Below are positions 63,283 through 64,000 of a DNA stretch of 64,000 nt, piece after piece. Origin of the DNA: an uncultured Gemmatimonadales bacterium (lineage in GTDB: Bacteria; Gemmatimonadota; Gemmatimonadetes; Gemmatimonadales; GWC2-71-9). The stretch is from assembly GCA_963730185.1 (NCBI GenBank), contig CAVSQW010000008.1:160001-224000 (forward strand). The letters run 5' to 3'. Positions within the stretch are counted from its first letter, which is position 1; every line of letters begins with the position of its first letter. The position numbers were made by a program, and so were the translations under genes. The notes beneath the pieces were generated by a model. That model ran no database searches, was not told the origin of the DNA, and saw only the letters and a list, made by a program, of their open reading frames with translations.

Positions 63283-64000
63283 ATGGATAACGGAAACGTG
63301 ATGCTACCGACGGTCCTGCTGGTGGAGGATAGTCCCGACGACGCCTTCCTGCTGCGACTGGCGCTCGAGCAGATTCCCGGCGGGGGTGCCTTCCGGGTTC
63401 GGCACGTCGAAACTCTCGACGCGGCGTTCGCCGTGTTGTGGTCCAAGCAGGTGGACGTGGTCCTGCTTGACCTGGCCCTTCCCGACAGCTTCGGGCTGGG
63501 GACGCTCGAGCTGCTTCTTGGTGAAGCGCCGCACACTCCGGTGGTGGTGCTGACCGGCCTGGCCGACGACGAAGCGGCGGTGCAGGCCGTGGCCATGGGG
63601 GCGCAGGACTACATCGTGAAGGGCGTCGAGTCCGCCTCGATCGCGCGGACGCTCCACCAGGCGATCGTCCGGCACCGGCACGAGACGACCGGCGCCGCCG
63701 GCGAGCTTGCCATGGCCTACCGGACCACGCACGACCCGCTCACCGGCCTGCCCAATCGATTCCTGTTCGTCGATCGTCTCCATCAGAGCGTGGCTCGGGC
63801 TCGGCGCTACCGCGAGCCGGTCGGCCTGCTGACCCTCCGCCTCTGCTCGGCTCCCTGGAACGGGGAGGGGAGGGAGTCGGAAACGAGGGAGGCCGTGCTC
63901 AGAGAGACGGCCCGGCGCCTTCAGGCCAGGACCCGGCGAAGCGACACCGTGGCTCGAATCGAGGACCAGATGTTCGCGGTCCTCCTGGAGCGCGCCCACT
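63283..64000 (+). CDS. REC plus degenerate GGDEF domain protein (runs off window)
   Basis: Manual translation: VLLVEDS..LLDLALPD..LTG..K, then HDPLTGLPNR ... SDTVARIEDQMFAVLL. Confidence 0.8.
   Translation, partial: MDNGNVMLPTVLLVEDSPDDAFLLRLALEQIPGGGAFRVRHVETLDAAFAVLWSKQVDVVLLDLALPDSFGLGTLELLLGEAPHTPVVVLTGLADDEAAVQAVAMGAQDYIVKGVESASIARTLHQAIVRHRHETTGAAGELAMAYRTTHDPLTGLPNRFLFVDRLHQSVARARRYREPVGLLTLRLCSAPWNGEGRESETREAVLRETARRLQARTRRSDTVARIEDQMFAVLLERAH

Overview
High-GC bacterial chromosomal window; the gene styles suggest Gemmatimonadota or a similar lineage (inference only). Contents in order: (1) housekeeping and membrane genes; (2) a putative copper/metal uptake operon made of a Cys/His-rich DUF2946/CruR-like leader ORF, a TonB receptor, a BNR-repeat protein and TlpA; (3) a ~38-kb general-stress region (~9.7-47.9 kb) with XRE-groES-groEL-VIT1, DUF892, a Dps remnant, two orphan NarL/LuxR regulators, yqjD/E-like genes, GlsB, CsbD, HPF, rpiA-pgm-zwf-ackA-xfp, NhaP, cyclic beta-1,2-glucan synthase, an AI-2E transporter and a diguanylate cyclase; (4) a cold-shock cluster (DEAD helicase, rpsU, csp with a long structured leader); (5) an LVIVD/multicopper oxidase operon; (6) a multi-component signalling cluster. 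Two observations stand out. First, a 16-bp quasi-palindromic box ending GA(G/T)CGA-T occurs at 12 promoters of the stress region, 22-23 bp upstream of a -10-like hexamer, which defines a regulon de novo. Second, a PA2779-like double-glycine precursor lies next to a C39 peptidase-TPR-POTRA-beta-barrel fusion. Six single frameshifts in otherwise intact genes are most likely sequencing errors. No rRNA, tRNA, CRISPR array or transposase was recognised.
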